64,000 bases of DNA from Cenococcum geophilum (taxonomy: Eukaryota), in the NCBI GenBank assembly GCA_050273025.1, contig CP158635.1:14570001-14634000 (forward strand), read 5' to 3'. The position numbers and the translations under genes are program-made. Positions 36,386 through 49,800 of this stretch are shown here, piece by piece. Under the pieces are notes generated by a model, which was not told the DNA's origin, ran no database searches, and worked only from the letters and a program-made list of their open reading frames with translations. How positions within the stretch are numbered: the first letter of the stretch is position 1; each line of letters begins with the position of its first letter.

Positions 36386-37990
36386 GGCAAGAACTGGCCT
36401 CAGGCCTTCTACAAACGCCACCCAGAGCTCAAATCAAAAAGAGTCAAGGCGCTGGACTGGAATCGGCACGATAAGAATATCTATGACAAGGTCACCCACT
36501 GGTTTAAGGTGATTGGAAAGGAGTTACATGATCCGGTCATTCTGCTGGAGAATGTCTACAACATGGATGAAACGGGAGTCATGTTGAGCATACTCGGCTC
36601 CCTAAAGGTCCTTGTAGGTAAGGACGATCTGCGGGCTTACAGAGGCGCAGGCGTCAAGCGGACAGTGGTAACTGCGATCGAGTGTATTTCTGCAGACGGT
36701 AGGTCTCTCCTTCCGATGATCACCTGGCCAGCCACGACCCATCGAAGCAACTGGACCACGTATCCCACCCCCGGATGGCATTACGCGTGCTCCGAGTCTG
36801 GGTATACCGATTCGAAGATCAGCTTGGAGTGGATCAAAACGTGTGTTCGACCCTCAAACTAGGCCACTAGCAAACCAGAAACCACGAATCCTTATTTGTG
36901 ACGGCTTTGGGACGCATGAGTCGCTCGAAGTTATGAAGTTTTGTTTTGAGAATAACATCCTCTGCCGTATTCCCTCGCACACCTCCCACAAGCTCCGGCC
37001 CTGCGACGTCGGAGTCTTTGGGCCACTGAAGACTGCATACCGTGAAGAGGTTGAACGACTGTATCGGGGAGGTGCAAGCACGATCGGCAAGCAGCATTTT
37101 ACGTCCCTCTATTGCCCTGCTCGGCAAAAGACGCTCACCTCCCGAAATATTAAGGCGGGCTCTTCGGGTACGATAAAACTGGCCCATTTGGCACGTGCGC
37201 AACCCACTTAAAATAATCGTCGAATTGTTCACTTTACACGTATATTTAAGGAGGAGCTAGACCAAAAGAAGGTTCAGAAGCAGTACGAGTGGTACACAAA
37301 GCGGTTTCATGAATGTAGACGATTAGACGGTCAAATGACGAGGTATTAGATCTAATATATGTGGTCTTGATTTTTGGGGTTGCGTACGTGCCAAATGGGC
37401 CAGTTTTATCGTACCCGAAGAGGGCGGGTTGGTTGAAAGCAGGCCTACGTCCATTCAACCCAGATAGGGTCGTCTACACCATCCAGAAGCCACTAACAGA
37501 AGACATCCCTCAGAAAGGCAAGGTGAAGGCAGAACTTCGTTCCCAAAATGAAGTACTCCAAACGCCAGTGACAGCAGAGGCTCTTACCTCACTTCGTAGC
37601 CTAATCGAACAGGATACTCACATGCTCGACGAGCTAAGTAAACGGCGCTTGCAGAAGCTAGTTAATGCCGCCCAGAATTCCTTCGCCGAATGCGCCCTCC
37701 TTCTCGAAGAGAATCGACTTCTATTCGAACAGAACAACGAAAGCAATTGTCGCCGATCGACGCGGTCAACAATACTTGGAAAGGCAAAAGTTATGAGTTA
37801 TGAGGATATTGTCGAAGCGCAAGCAAAGCTTGATGCTTCTGTCGCAAAAGGGAAGCCTGGTCGCAAGCGCAAAAGGGAAGCAGCAGCGGCAGTGCAGGTA
37901 AAAAGAACACGAAAAAGCGAGCTCGAGGTTGCGGAGCAGGAAATTGAGGCAGAGGATTTGAGGAATTACTGTTCTGTTTTCCAAATCTAA
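36386..37990 (+). pseudogene. pogo/Fot1-type DDE_1 transposase remnant (5'-truncated, frameshifted, MITE-interrupted)
   Basis: GKNWPQAFYKRHP, YNMDETG, ICDGFGTH and PSHTSHKLRPCDVGVF. Frameshift at ~36840. NIKAG|WLKAGLRPFNPDRV is restored when 37160-37428 is removed. Confidence 0.9.
37160..37422. mobile_element. 263-bp MITE with 46-bp TIRs and a 6-bp TSD
   Basis: TIR ctcttcgggtacgataaaactggcccatttggcacgt(g/a)cgcaaccc with 1 mismatch. TSD GGCGGG at 37154-37159 and 37423-37428. Confidence 0.9.
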
Positions 37991-38295
37991 TACAGATCGG
38001 GTTTGATAGGGAACTTGCGCAGTCTTTCGCAGGCTGTCACTGTACGATACAGAGTTTGACTTGCTGTCGTGTTCTCCGCGCGATAGTATATGCATTATAA
38101 TCAAATGCAATCTGGAGAAGTCCGCACGAACTCTACCGACGCTCGCCTTTGCTCTGGTTTTCTGGCGTCGACCGCGCTTCGCTTGTAGAACCTGTTCACT
38201 TGGCGGAACTGACGCCATACCTTGGCAGCATTAACCACTTTGAATATCTACCACCTCGACCCATTTTCTGTCAACAACAGCCGACAGCAGATATA

Positions 38296-40033
38296 ATGAC
38301 ACCAGCATTGGAGCTCCGTCGTTCGCTTAAAGCGCTGAGGGCCCTCCTCAGCCGCAAGCGTGACGAACTGGATTCAACGTATCAGAACAATTCATTGTCA
38401 ACCAGGCTCATCGAAGTCTTTCTACGCACGTGGGATCTCGGCTTAACGGCCTTTGGTGGACCGCCTGTCCACTTCCAAATTATATATAATCGTTTCGTTG
38501 AAGGAAAGGGCGGAAGCAAGTGGATTGATGAACAAACTGTAAGCTGCAGTCATGCTCAAACAATGCAAACGACTAATTACAGCTGCTAGTATCAGGAACT
38601 ATTTGCTGTTTGCCAGGGGCTGCCAGGACCAGGAAGCACCAAAATGTTGTTTTGTATCACCCTACTGCATGCCGGCTTTCTTCCCGCGCTTTTTGTCTTC
38701 TTCCTTTGGAGGTATCGTCAACCCATATTATTCTCACTAAACTATCACACTCGAAATGGCTACGGCGCTAATATATATACTACAGTTTTCCAGGGGCCCT
38801 GGCAATGTACGGCCTGTCTCTCGGAGTACAACGAATAAACGAAGTCCTCCCACCTCCTGTATACGCACTACTTTCAGGCCTCAATGCTTCGACCGTAGGA
38901 ATAATCGCCTTAGCAGCCGTCCAGTTGGCAGAGAGGGCGATTAAGGACGATATTACGCGGATACTTGTTATCTTTGGTGCATGCGCAGGCGTCTGTTATA
39001 ATGCATTATGGTACTTTCCGGTTCTTATGGTCATTGGAGGTCTAGCCACCTTTCTATGGGATGGCCACTTGAAGCCACTGCTATTTAGATTGAAAGCGCG
39101 TCGTCGCCACGAAAGCTCATCCAATGGCTCAGCTGAGGACATAGCTCAAGATAATGTTATTGCGTTAGAAGAAAATTCATCTCCACTGGATTTGACTCAT
39201 CGGAGGATCAACGCTTCTTCATCTACGCAGCCATCTCAGGCCCCGTTAGATACTAGGGCGGAGAGCTCTACCCACGCACTACCAGATACGACACTCCAAA
39301 AAGCGCATACGATACGGATTCGGGTGGGAATCCTCATTGTTATAGTGTTCTTTGGTAAGTATCGTTTCCTGCTCCTCACGTTCAGTAGCTGATTATCTGG
39401 TTAGCTTCCTTTACTGCAGTAATTATTGTCCGTGCCCTATTACATTCACTACCGCTTAGCTTTTCTCTGTTCGCCAATATGTACCTTGCAGGTACAATAA
39501 TCTTTGGTGGAGGACCGGTTGTTATCCCACTCCTTCGTTCTTACGTTGTTGATCCAGGATGGGTTTCAAGTCGTGACTTCCTCTTAGGACTTGCGATTAT
39601 TCAATCATTTCCAGGACCCAACTTCAATTTTGCGGTATACCTGGGAGCTCTGACCTTGCAGCGAACTCAATATCCCACGATTTTCGGTTCTCTTATCGCT
39701 TTTATTGGGATATTCTTTCCCGGTTTGGCACTCGCCGTGGCTGTGCAAGGGTTTTGGCATGTTATGCGGACAAAGCAATGGGTTTTGAATGTGCTTCGAG
39801 GAGTCAACGCCACTGCTGTTGGGTTGGTATTCACTGCTGTATACAGACTCTGGGAAATCGGCTACTTGACTCCCAGAGTGAGTAGCGGCCAAAGTCTTGC
39901 TCTTAACCCATGGTGGGTGGTTGTGACCGCAGTCACCTATGCTGAAAGTGCATGGTTCAAGGTACCACCACCGCTTGCTATTGTAATAGGCGCAGTACTC
40001 GGTCTTTGTTGGTACGGTGCAGTCGGAAAATGA
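38296..40033 (+). CDS. Chromate ion transporter (CHR family, two-domain), 4 exons
   Basis: LGLTAFGGPPVHF, CQGLPGPGSTK, GTIIFGGGPVVIPLLRSYVV, QSFPGPNFNF and LRGVNATAVGLV, with GT-AG introns. Confidence 0.92.
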
Positions 40034-40037
40034 TAAA

Positions 40038-40456
40038 CAGGGATGCATATAATCAACGTAATCGTAATCAGCCCATTGATTTTTATTATAAAATCACCAC
40101 ACCTGATTCTGATCGATTACATTGATTACATACTAATTTCCTAATTAGGTAAGTAGGTGTAAATGCAGGTAAATGGTGATTAAAATGGAACTCTAGTTAA
40201 TATACACGTACATATTAACTTTTTTTAAGAAAGCCCGCACGGACGTTTTTTATATATAAAACAGCTGGCTCAGCGCTTTTTGGTTAGCGCCGACTATAGT
40301 GGGAAAATTAATAAATAACTTTCTTAACACTAAAGCTTTATTACTATATTCTATTCCTACCTGTTCTTACCCTAGGTGATTATATTGATTATGATTAGTT
40401 AGATTATATAGTAATCATAACTTATGTAACTAATAGAGTAGTTATATGCATCCCTG
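40038..40456. mobile_element. Non-autonomous hAT element (419 bp)
   Basis: TIR cagggatgcatataa / ttatatgcatccctg with a perfect 8-bp TSD ATGATAAA that contains the chromate transporter TGA stop. Confidence 0.9.
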
Positions 40457-40499
40457 ATGATAAAGTTGATAAATGCAGTGCTGGCGACCGATAGATCAG

Positions 40500-40800
40500 T
40501 TACTAAATGGCGCATTAAGGATATATGCGAAAAAAGCTTCTGTGGTGTAAGGGAAACCTGGTCGGAAGCGTAGAGGCTCTGAAGCAGTAACAGCGCCGAT
40601 TAAAAAGACACGCAGGAGCGAGTTGGAGGTTGCAGAGCAGCAAATCGAGGCAGATGGGATAGGGAGTTATTGTTCTATTCTTCAATTCTGAGATGAATCA
40701 AGTTATTGAGTAATTGCGCGACCTGTGCGACCTGCGAGCTGTCACTGTAGAGTAAGAGACTAATTCACAGCGCACTATCGACCCGGATATGCAAGAATTT
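40500..40800 (+). pseudogene. Second, diverged 3'-end fragment of a pogo-type transposase
   Basis: KGKPGRKRR...KKTRRSELEVAEQQIEADGIGSYCSILQF* parallels 37847-37990 (KGKPGRKRK..RKSELEVAEQEIEAEDLRNYCSVFQI*). The downstream gctgtcactgta is also shared. Confidence 0.8.
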
Positions 40801-40853
40801 TCACCTGAAGTCTCCATTGTGCGAGATATTGCGAATCTTATCCTTACTAGTTC

Positions 40854-43800
40854 TTAGCCTGTCTTCTGAAACTTTGCCCACCTCAGTTGCACCGCAATAG
40901 TAATAACCGGCAGGACTGAAACAAGCTCGCCTAACCCAGCATACTGCGGTGGAATCCTTGCATTAACAAGTGCCCCCGAAGCGAGTAGAATGGCAACTGT
41001 GTTGTACACGAACGCCCAGCCGAAATTGAATGCGATCCGCCACATCGTTGCCCTAGAAAGGTCGATAAGGGTTAGAATATCCTTAAGTGAAGACCGTATA
41101 AGAACCACATCCGCAGCGCTCTGCGCGACATCCGTCCCTTCGTTCACGTGCACGCCGACTGTGGCTTGAGCAAGAGCAACGGCGTCGTTTGTGCCGTCGC
41201 CACAGAATATTGTTGTGGACTTGCCGAGAGGATTAAGGTCCTTCATGAATTGCTGCTTGTCTCCGGGCGTACATCTAGATTTATAGCTTGTGATGCTGAG
41301 TTGGCGTGCTAGGGCTGAAACAGGTCCTTCATCATCACCGCTAACAATGGAGACTGAGATGCCTCGTTGCTGGAGCTCAGAGACGGTGCTAGCAGCATCA
41401 GGCCGCAGCACATCCTCCAGACCAAATACTGCACTCAAGTGGTTGTTAATGGTGACGCAGAACGTGGTGTAGCCTTGTGAAAGATAACTTTGTACCTTAG
41501 GGTGGTCGCCGAGACCAAGCCAGCGTGAGTTGCCCGCTTTGACATCCCGGCCATTGACATTACCTTCGACGCCTTTGCCGGCAAGTGCAGTGACATTCAA
41601 GGCTGCAGCACCGGGCGTAGTCTGGTTCTCTAGATGCATCCTGACTGCTGTAGCCACAGGATGTTTGATGTTCGACAGCAGCAAGAGCACTGCACCTGTA
41701 GTGAATGCCTCGTTGTCTTGCTCGCTCTCAAAGTATTTGCTTGCTGTCACCGTCATCTTGCCTTGTGTCAAAGTGCCAGTCTTATCGAAAACCACATGCG
41801 ATGTCTTCCTTGCAACTTCAATCGTAGTTGCTGTTTTGAAGATGCAGCCATGTTTCGCTGCTACACCACCAGCAATCATAACAACCATTGGAACAGCAAG
41901 CCCAATTGCACAGGGACAAGACACGATGATGACGGTGATACCATAAGTCAATGCTTCGATGACTGCTCGTGAAACAGCGTAACCGCGGACCTTCGTACTG
42001 ATCGGTATCCAAATCAGAAAACTGATTAGACCAAGCGCAATGGCAGTAGGCACAAAAAAGCTTGCAACTTTGTCGGCGACCTCTTGAACCTTTGGCTTAG
42101 AAAGCTTTGCTTCGTCAACCATACTCGCTATAGTGCTGATGGTGTTGCTGCCTGGCAGGCGACTCAGTCGAATGGTGAGAACGCCAGAACCATTGATTGA
42201 GCCGGCGATCACAACGGAGCCTGGCTTCTTTTCCACCGATAGAGACTCGCCAGTAATCATGGACTCGTCGATCTCGGATATACCAGACACAACTGTGCCA
42301 TCGGTTGGGACTCGCAACTCTGGAGCAACGCGGAACAAGTCACCATACTGGAGGAGCCGGGCATCCATCTCTCTCTGTGATGAGTTTTGCTCACTGACTA
42401 TGACAGCTGTAGGAGTCTGTAAGGAGCGTACAGAAACAGACTCAATCGCTTTCTGGCGTGCTAGGGCACTGACGAATCTCCCAACCATAATAAGAGTAAC
42501 AAGTAGAGTGCTAGTCTCAAAAAACTCCCCGGTAGGGAAGGGATCGCCGGCAACGGCGTAGCCGAAGGAGATGACAGAAAAAATGTATGCTGCGCTTGTA
42601 CTGATGACGATTAGTAGATCCATCTCGATCATACGTGAGAAAATGAGGCTCTTCAGTGCAGTCAGATAAAATGGTCCGGCTACAACGAATTGGACAAGCG
42701 TTGCCAGTACAAGTGAGACGCTGCCGTATACAATCGGACGCTCATGAATTGGAGCCCAAGCAAGAATAAGAACCGGGATCGTCAAAATGGCTGAGAGCAG
42801 TGTCATGAGGCCGACGTGACAAACATGTTTGCTACCAGCTGCAAGACCTGGATCAGGTTTGATTGGTGCTAGCTTCAGAGGAGCGCGGAAGCTGTGCTCG
42901 ACAAGGTCCCGAGCTCCGACAACACTAGGATCGAACCATATCCTTGCTGTGGTTCTGTCGACAGCTTTGATGGATAGAACACCCTTTGGCAGCTCCTGTC
43001 GAACGAATTCTTGGAGATTCGATGGGCATGCCTCAATTTCAGAGCCTTCTTGCCTGATCTCTTCGAATTTGAATTCCATCATCCGTTCCATCTGGCGAAT
43101 GACGTTACCCACGGACTCTGAGCGCAAGTCCAAGTCGAATTCAGCTCGACAGAGGACAAGGCTTGTCTTAAGGTTCTGAATAGCTTCGATGGTTGCCAAG
43201 GATCGTTGAAGCTTGTTCTCGCAGCCACTGCAGGTCATGCCGGATACGCTGAGAATCACGTGGCTAGAGTTTGGAAGTCCGCTCTCCAGATGCGGCGCAG
43301 ATGACTCGATTTCTTTAGTGGTCGCCTTGTCAGAGCTAGCCTCTTCGGCTTCGCAGCATGAGCTACCACATGGGTTGTCAACCGAATCACATTTTGTCGC
43401 GGCTGCTCGAGCTGACTTTGGGCTACATTGTGTATGCGTAGATCGCTTCCCCGATCGATTGGCAATTACCCTTGCTAAATCAAGTGTAGACCGAGGTGGA
43501 GGGGCGCAGCATGGAGGCTCACCGCGGCTTTTGAGGGTGCGACAGAGACAGCCTAAGCTCTTGAGTATATCTCGATAAAATTGGCGAGTACTGATGCCAT
43601 TAGGGCAGCATTCGTTGGCCACTTCAGGTAATGGAGTAGGGAAGGCAGTCTTAGATCGTGTTCTCTTGCAATCTAGGTTGTGTCAATACACATAATCTTA
43701 CCAACTGTAGTCTTTGGTAAAACGTACTCTTCAAGTTCTTCTCGCACTCACGAGCAGTTATGCGATCAATGCATGACTCTATAGCACAGTTAGACAGATT

Positions 43801-44542
43801 TGTAAGAACGAAGACATAATAAGTATTTACCATTGCAACAAGGCGCTTTCTTCCCGGCGCAGCAGTCCAAATCTCCATTGTTACATGAAACTGCTGTGAC
43901 TTGCTTCGCAGCCTGCATTTCCAGCACATCTTCGCAGCAATTGGGTTCACAGGAGACGGCGGGAAGAGGCATATTTTCAGACGAACAGCACTTGTCTTGA
44001 TATCCTCTTGTCTGGAATCCTTCGGCCTTGACCGCTATCTCTTCGACGATGATAGGGGTTCCCTCAACTGCTTGAGCCTCGGAATCAACGAATTTAGAGC
44101 CGCGACTAACATCACATTTGTTGGCCACGTTTGAAAAGGTCAAAGTGTTCTCCTTGCCGGTGGTATTATCCTTATCTAGGGTCGACGTGCTACCATAGCA
44201 GCCAGCGTCCACATTAGCGTCTACGTGACGGATAGACGAACTCTTCTCTCCCTTAGCCGTTGCCATAAGGAGGCTTGAACAGCAGTTCGAAGCACATCCG
44301 TCTTTGGTTGTATCCTTGGTGGGAGTTTTGTCATAATTACCTCCTTTGACCATTCTATCCGTTTCACCGCTTGAATTCTCTCTGCGACCAAAGCCCTGCA
44401 CATATTCTCCTCCAGCCTCCTCATCAGTGTGAGCTGCCGTTATCCCATCGCCGACTTCGAGTTGTTCTGAACCCTGAACCTCCGCGTTCTGGCAGCAGCC
44501 GAATCGGCATCTGCCTTCAAAGGGGGAATCTGAGCAGTCCAT
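40854..44542 (-). CDS. P1B-type heavy-metal-transporting ATPase, Pca1-like (long Cys-rich N-terminus), 3 exons
   Basis: N-terminus with CC pairs (KCCSS, NCCED, DCCAG, PCCN/ESCIDRITAREC), HMA motif GMTCSGC, then TGES, CPC, DKTGT, HP and GDGTND. Introns at about 43830-43780 and 43727-43674 keep the frame. Confidence 0.92.
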
Positions 44543-45582
44543 GCTGACTAGTAACCGTTGGTAGCTGATGATGTTATTGTGAGTTGATAGAATTGCAGGC
44601 GTTGGGGAGTCGCATGGCGGCAAGGTGGAGTGATCTCGCAAGATCTTGTAACTTGGTAGCTTGGCGCCTTGTCCAGTTGTCCTGCTCTCGTTCACCACGT
44701 GAAAAGCAAAGTTTCATCCTGACAATGTCAATTAATAGAATTAAGGCTTAATAGGCGTCGCGTCACTCCCGTACTTCTGTGTCAAATATCAGTATCTTCC
44801 ATACAAGTCGACGTTGGCTCGCCTTGATGACTTTAGCAGTCCAAGTTGCACAGTGTTGATTGGTCGGTGGTGCGTTCCGGCACAAAGGGCAGCTGGCGTC
44901 GGCTAAAAGTGGTTAGATCAATAAGTACGTGAAACCTTATCAATAAGACAATTAGTGAAGGCGGTGTAGCGTATGATACTTATATGCCGTAAGCCGACTG
45001 CAATGTGCCGAAAAGGTGCTGGCGGATCAACCTGTGTGAGGGAATTGCTTTCTGCAACATCCACATAATTGGCGATGCTTTGCTTAATAGCGCACGCGAT
45101 GTTTGAACTCGATCTACTGCTAGTGATGTATTGAAAAATAATAAAACAAGGAAGGTGGTGTTGTGGCGACGAGTTTTGGTTGCATCGTTTGGATGCCACC
45201 TTTGAAGTCTGAACGATAAGACGACTACGCTTTTGTAAAATTCCAATCTAAAAGACTGAGTTATGAAGAAATTATTAGAGATCCCATTGTTAACTGTGGT
45301 ATAATAATATTATAATGTGTGCGGAATCTGTTGTGCTCTGAAGTCAAGTTGTTCCGGATCACCGTGTTCTCCGCCACACCGGGGGAGGTTACTTCTTGAG
45401 ACCTGAAAATGATGTTCGAATGGGCTCCCGTCTCTAACCCCTAAACACAAAGAGGACCAAAAATGGGACCTTCCAGGGATGCGATCTTCCCCAGGTCCTA
45501 GAATCGGGCCACTTCTACTTCTTCTTGTTCTTATTTATTGCTGCCATTTTACACATGGGAAGCACAAAAACTATCTGTAACG

Positions 45583-46830
45583 ATGGCAGAAAATACTCAC
45601 ACAAATTTCCAACTGGATGCAGAGCTAAGCTGTTTGGCTAACGGAGCGGATATCCCTAACATCACCCATCTATCAAATCGAGAATCTCATCAAATGCTAT
45701 GGGATAGCATCTTTGGTGATTACAAATGTCTTAACAACATCGTGCAAGACTTGGCGGCGAACCCAATTCTAGTTGGGACAAGGCTTGATTCTAAGCCGGC
45801 ATATATGGTTCTAATATCTGGCGACATATCAGGTGACGTCAGTGATCTTGTTGGATTGGCGTGGCGTGGATCTGAGGCCAAATCCACGCCATCCACCAAA
45901 AAGACGATTTGCCGCCAGGATCGCCACGGCGCTCCAGTGTAGATATATACTATATATAGTAAGTCTTAGCATAGGCTTAGTGTTATAATTAAGGAGTAGA
46001 GTGTAGTTGAACTTACTAAAAAGGGTACTAGATTTGCTTACCACCTCCCTTTAAGCGTCCCTCTATAATCTTATCATCCTTAATAACTTTTACCTTATCG
46101 CTAAGTGCACCCTCTACCTTAAAGCCCCCGATTGCGTTAAACTCTTCCTTAAGGCCCTTACCCTAAGCTTTACTAACTACTATATGTGGCTAAGGCAGAG
46201 CTTCTACAGCCTTACGAGCGGCAGAGGCTTGTGCGGGTGGGCGCGGCTGGGCTTATAGGAAAATATCGCTCTATATAATTAAGGGAGGCAAAATAGAGCC
46301 ATAGCGCGATCGCGTATGGAGGAAGGATGTAGGAAGGAAAGCAATATGGGCGGCTCCCCGAGATTATATAGAAAACACTCCTATTTTTAAACTCCGAGCT
46401 CCACCGATTGGCTCAACACCACGCTTTAACACCTTATTGATCCTTCCTCCTCGGCCTCCTTCTTCTAATTGGGTATAGAACTGGCGCTCCAGGAGCTCCA
46501 AAGCTTTAAGATCCACTCCGCGCCACTAATTAAATTAGTAGATCCACCGCCAAAGCAAATTGGATCCAGCCATCCACGCCATATTGCCGCCAATCCAACA
46601 AGATCACTGGGTGACGTGACTTACACGAAGGATCTCTTCTTCAGCTCTTTAAAGCCACATAAGCATGTAGAAGGCGCAGGAGAGATCATATGACTGTGGC
46701 ATCACCCTCAATATTGCCGACATTCTACAATGCCTAGAGGTAATACCTGTGGATATACAAAAGCTACTGTACGATGGAGATGAACCTCGTTCGACTTATT
46801 TGTTCTGGAAAGACGCCGACTGCGCACTAG
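45583..46830 (+). pseudogene. Hypothetical protein gene split by a hAT insertion and frameshifted
   Basis: ...ISGDISGDV|TYTKDLFFSSLKPH... is in frame after excision. It continues as DCGITLNIADILQ...YLFWKD in another frame. Confidence 0.65.
45840..46609. mobile_element. Non-autonomous hAT element (770 bp)
   Basis: TIR cagtgatcttgttggattggcg / cgccaatccaacaagatcactg with a perfect 8-bp TSD GGTGACGT. Confidence 0.92.
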
Positions 46831-49800
46831 GAGTTCTCGAGCCACCTTCCCCTACTTATATCTTGGGGCGGAGGTAGCTAGTACTTTATTATATTATTAT
46901 AAAAACCTAGGCTTGTTCAGTATATATACCTATAAGGATAACTATTACTTCTAATAAAAATGCCGTTCTTAATTATAGAGAGCTGCTCGTTTTAAGTGTA
47001 AGTAAAAACTGTACTAAAAAGAACAGTAGATAATAAGAGCGAATGCATTTTTGGTTTGATTTTAAATTGCCAAGAATATGAATTTAAGTTAGTTTAAGTC
47101 TTATAACATTACCTAATACCTATATATCTGAATATATGGGTCTAAAAGTAGGACTGTTTAAAGGCCTGCTTTTGGGTAACTATATTAGCCTCGCTGTCGA
47201 TATAAGGTCCCAGTTTTGGTCCCTTATAAAATAATAAATTCTAAAAGCTGGGAAGTTTTCTCCCACTTAAGGTTTGTATATTATTTTTTCTTTTATTTAA
47301 ACCCTAAAACAACAACAATCTAGTCGAGTATTTTCGCAATATTTTTTTAAACCTTTGTAGCTATTTCCCTGTCTTATAACCTTTGCTAGCTGCGCTCTAT
47401 TGCCCAATACTAATATAGTAGGTAGTGGGCTTCTAAACAGTCCTCTGCCAGCGGAGATATCCGTTATTAGAGTAAAAGATATTCAATTAACACAATTCCT
47501 TAAAAATTTAGAGGTTTCGTTCTTCTTTACTAAATTTATTAATCTCTTATAGTAGGTCACAGAAGGATATTTAAACAGCTCTATAGATACTGTTAGTAGG
47601 ATTGCCACAGTAAGTTATCTTTTTCTGTTATTTAACCTCCTTTAGCTGACTTTAAGTAGCAAGAAGAGGTCTATCTTAAAACTCCTACCACTATCTTTAA
47701 TACTTATAGTGTGCTACTAACCCTACCTTATAACTATTTATTCCCAGTCTCCTTTATAAAGGAGTTCTTCAAATTAACTAATCTTATTAGCTTAGTCGGT
47801 CTCTTTACGGTTATTAGACTGTCTTAGCGTCTTACACTCTTAGATCCTTTAGCTGCGAGGCTTATTTTTTTTAAAAAATTCTTTAGTTAAATCTAGATAT
47901 AATATTTTTTTCTATAATATTTAGGAGAGATAGCCGAATCCTTCTCTATTTAATATAGGTATTAGTACTATCTAGGTATATAATATAGCTTTATTATTTA
48001 TTATACTAGGATTATATCTAGTTAAGATTCTAATTCCTATACTTCCCAAACTTATAGTGGCTAAAGTAACAATCGCTCCTTATGTAAATAGTATAAATAG
48101 CACTAGTGGATATATATTAAAAGAATTTACGTAAGACAATACGCAGATACCTTTTATTATCGAAGGGGATAAATAGCTGCTTACTGGCTAGGTAAATTAG
48201 GTCAATAAGCCTATATACTCCCTTAATAATAATAATAAGGGGAAAAGAAACAGCTAGAATGCTATAAGGGATAAGTAGGATTACTTTTATAGCTATAACC
48301 ACTAAGTAGTATAAGAATGTTAATAACTTTATACTGGGTATAATAGTTAGTTTAGCGGTTATTATAGTGTCCTAATTAAAAAGGGTAATCTAATTAATAT
48401 AATAGAAACTTTAGCGTTAATATAGTTGTAAGTAATATCTACTACTACTTAATAAGAAACACTATACCCCTAGAATACTATTAAAAATTATCTTAACTTT
48501 AATTAATATAGAATCTGTTTATATAATAAATCTTTTTAGGTATCTATTAATGCTAAAATAAGATATCTAGACATTGATACGAGAAAGGACTAATTTGTGG
48601 CTTAGCGAGTATTTTTAACAACTACGCTAAATGCTTGACTTATTACAGTCTAAGAAAATATAAATAAAAGGAAATATAGCAGAATATACAAGCTCGGTAT
48701 AAGGCATTATAGCGTTAATAAAACAAAATCTAAAGTCTATAATCTAGGACTTAAAATATAAGTTTAGGTAGAAATCCGTATTAAGATAATAAGTATTATT
48801 TTATTAATTATTAATCTAAGCTAGAATATTAAGTCTTTATGCCTATCTAGTATAATTAAGGTCGATATTTAATAATTCATTGCTTAACGTCCGATTTAGA
48901 TCCCTATTGGGCCCACGCGGACTACTCCTTATTTACATATAGGGAGAAAACTCTATTTAAGAAAAATGAGAAAACCCCGTGATCCATCTCCCTGCCTTTT
49001 GGGACTCGCCTACTTAGCGCCTACAAGTCGCCTATAGTGCTCTACTACCTTACTGTTTAACCTCCTTAGGAACTACTGCTGCCGTAACAAGCCTATGGAC
49101 GCGCTAGTATTACAAACTATTACTCTACTACTGTAGAGTTACTAAGGGGCACCTACTGCTTGCCCCCTTGCCTTCTATTACCATTTCCCTTATAACCTGG
49201 AACTAATTTAGCATATTTTAACTAATAAGCCACTAGGTAACCGCCTTAAGGCCTTTTTATATTAAGAGCAGTATATTATAGTTCTCTATGCTAGCTACTA
49301 AGAGCATTATTTCTTAATTGGTGCGTAGGGGGCATAGCAGTATTACGTATTTTGGTGTCTATTTTAGCTAGCCACATTTACATCTTAGGCTACCTATTAG
49401 GACACCCACCTAGTAAAGCTAATCTTTTAGTCCTATTATTCCTGTTCTTAAGAGTGTTGCTATTATATTTTCTACCTTTATTAGGCCTTCTCAGAGCCCT
49501 TAGGTATTTACCCCCTATAGCGTTAACTATGCTATAGCTTAGGTTTATCTTACCTAAGTTAGCCTCTATACCTTTAACTTCTATTTACCTCTCTAGCGTT
49601 AGTCTAACCAGTATTATATTATAGTAGATGGTTTCCTAGCGTTCTTATATATTCTACTTTAGCTCCTTTCTCTATTTTGCTGTTATCTTTACTAACCTCT
49701 TACACATCTCCCTTTTTCCTTTATATAGGCCTAGGCCCTAAAGCGGTACTATTCTTTTTTTGCTTTCTTTACCTATTTCTCTAATATCTCTTCCCTACTT

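Noticed and set aside
49352..49537. Hydrophobic small ORF repeated at 63377-63655
   Set aside because: It is the antisense frame of the RIPed LINE. The Leu/Ile/Tyr bias comes from RIP.
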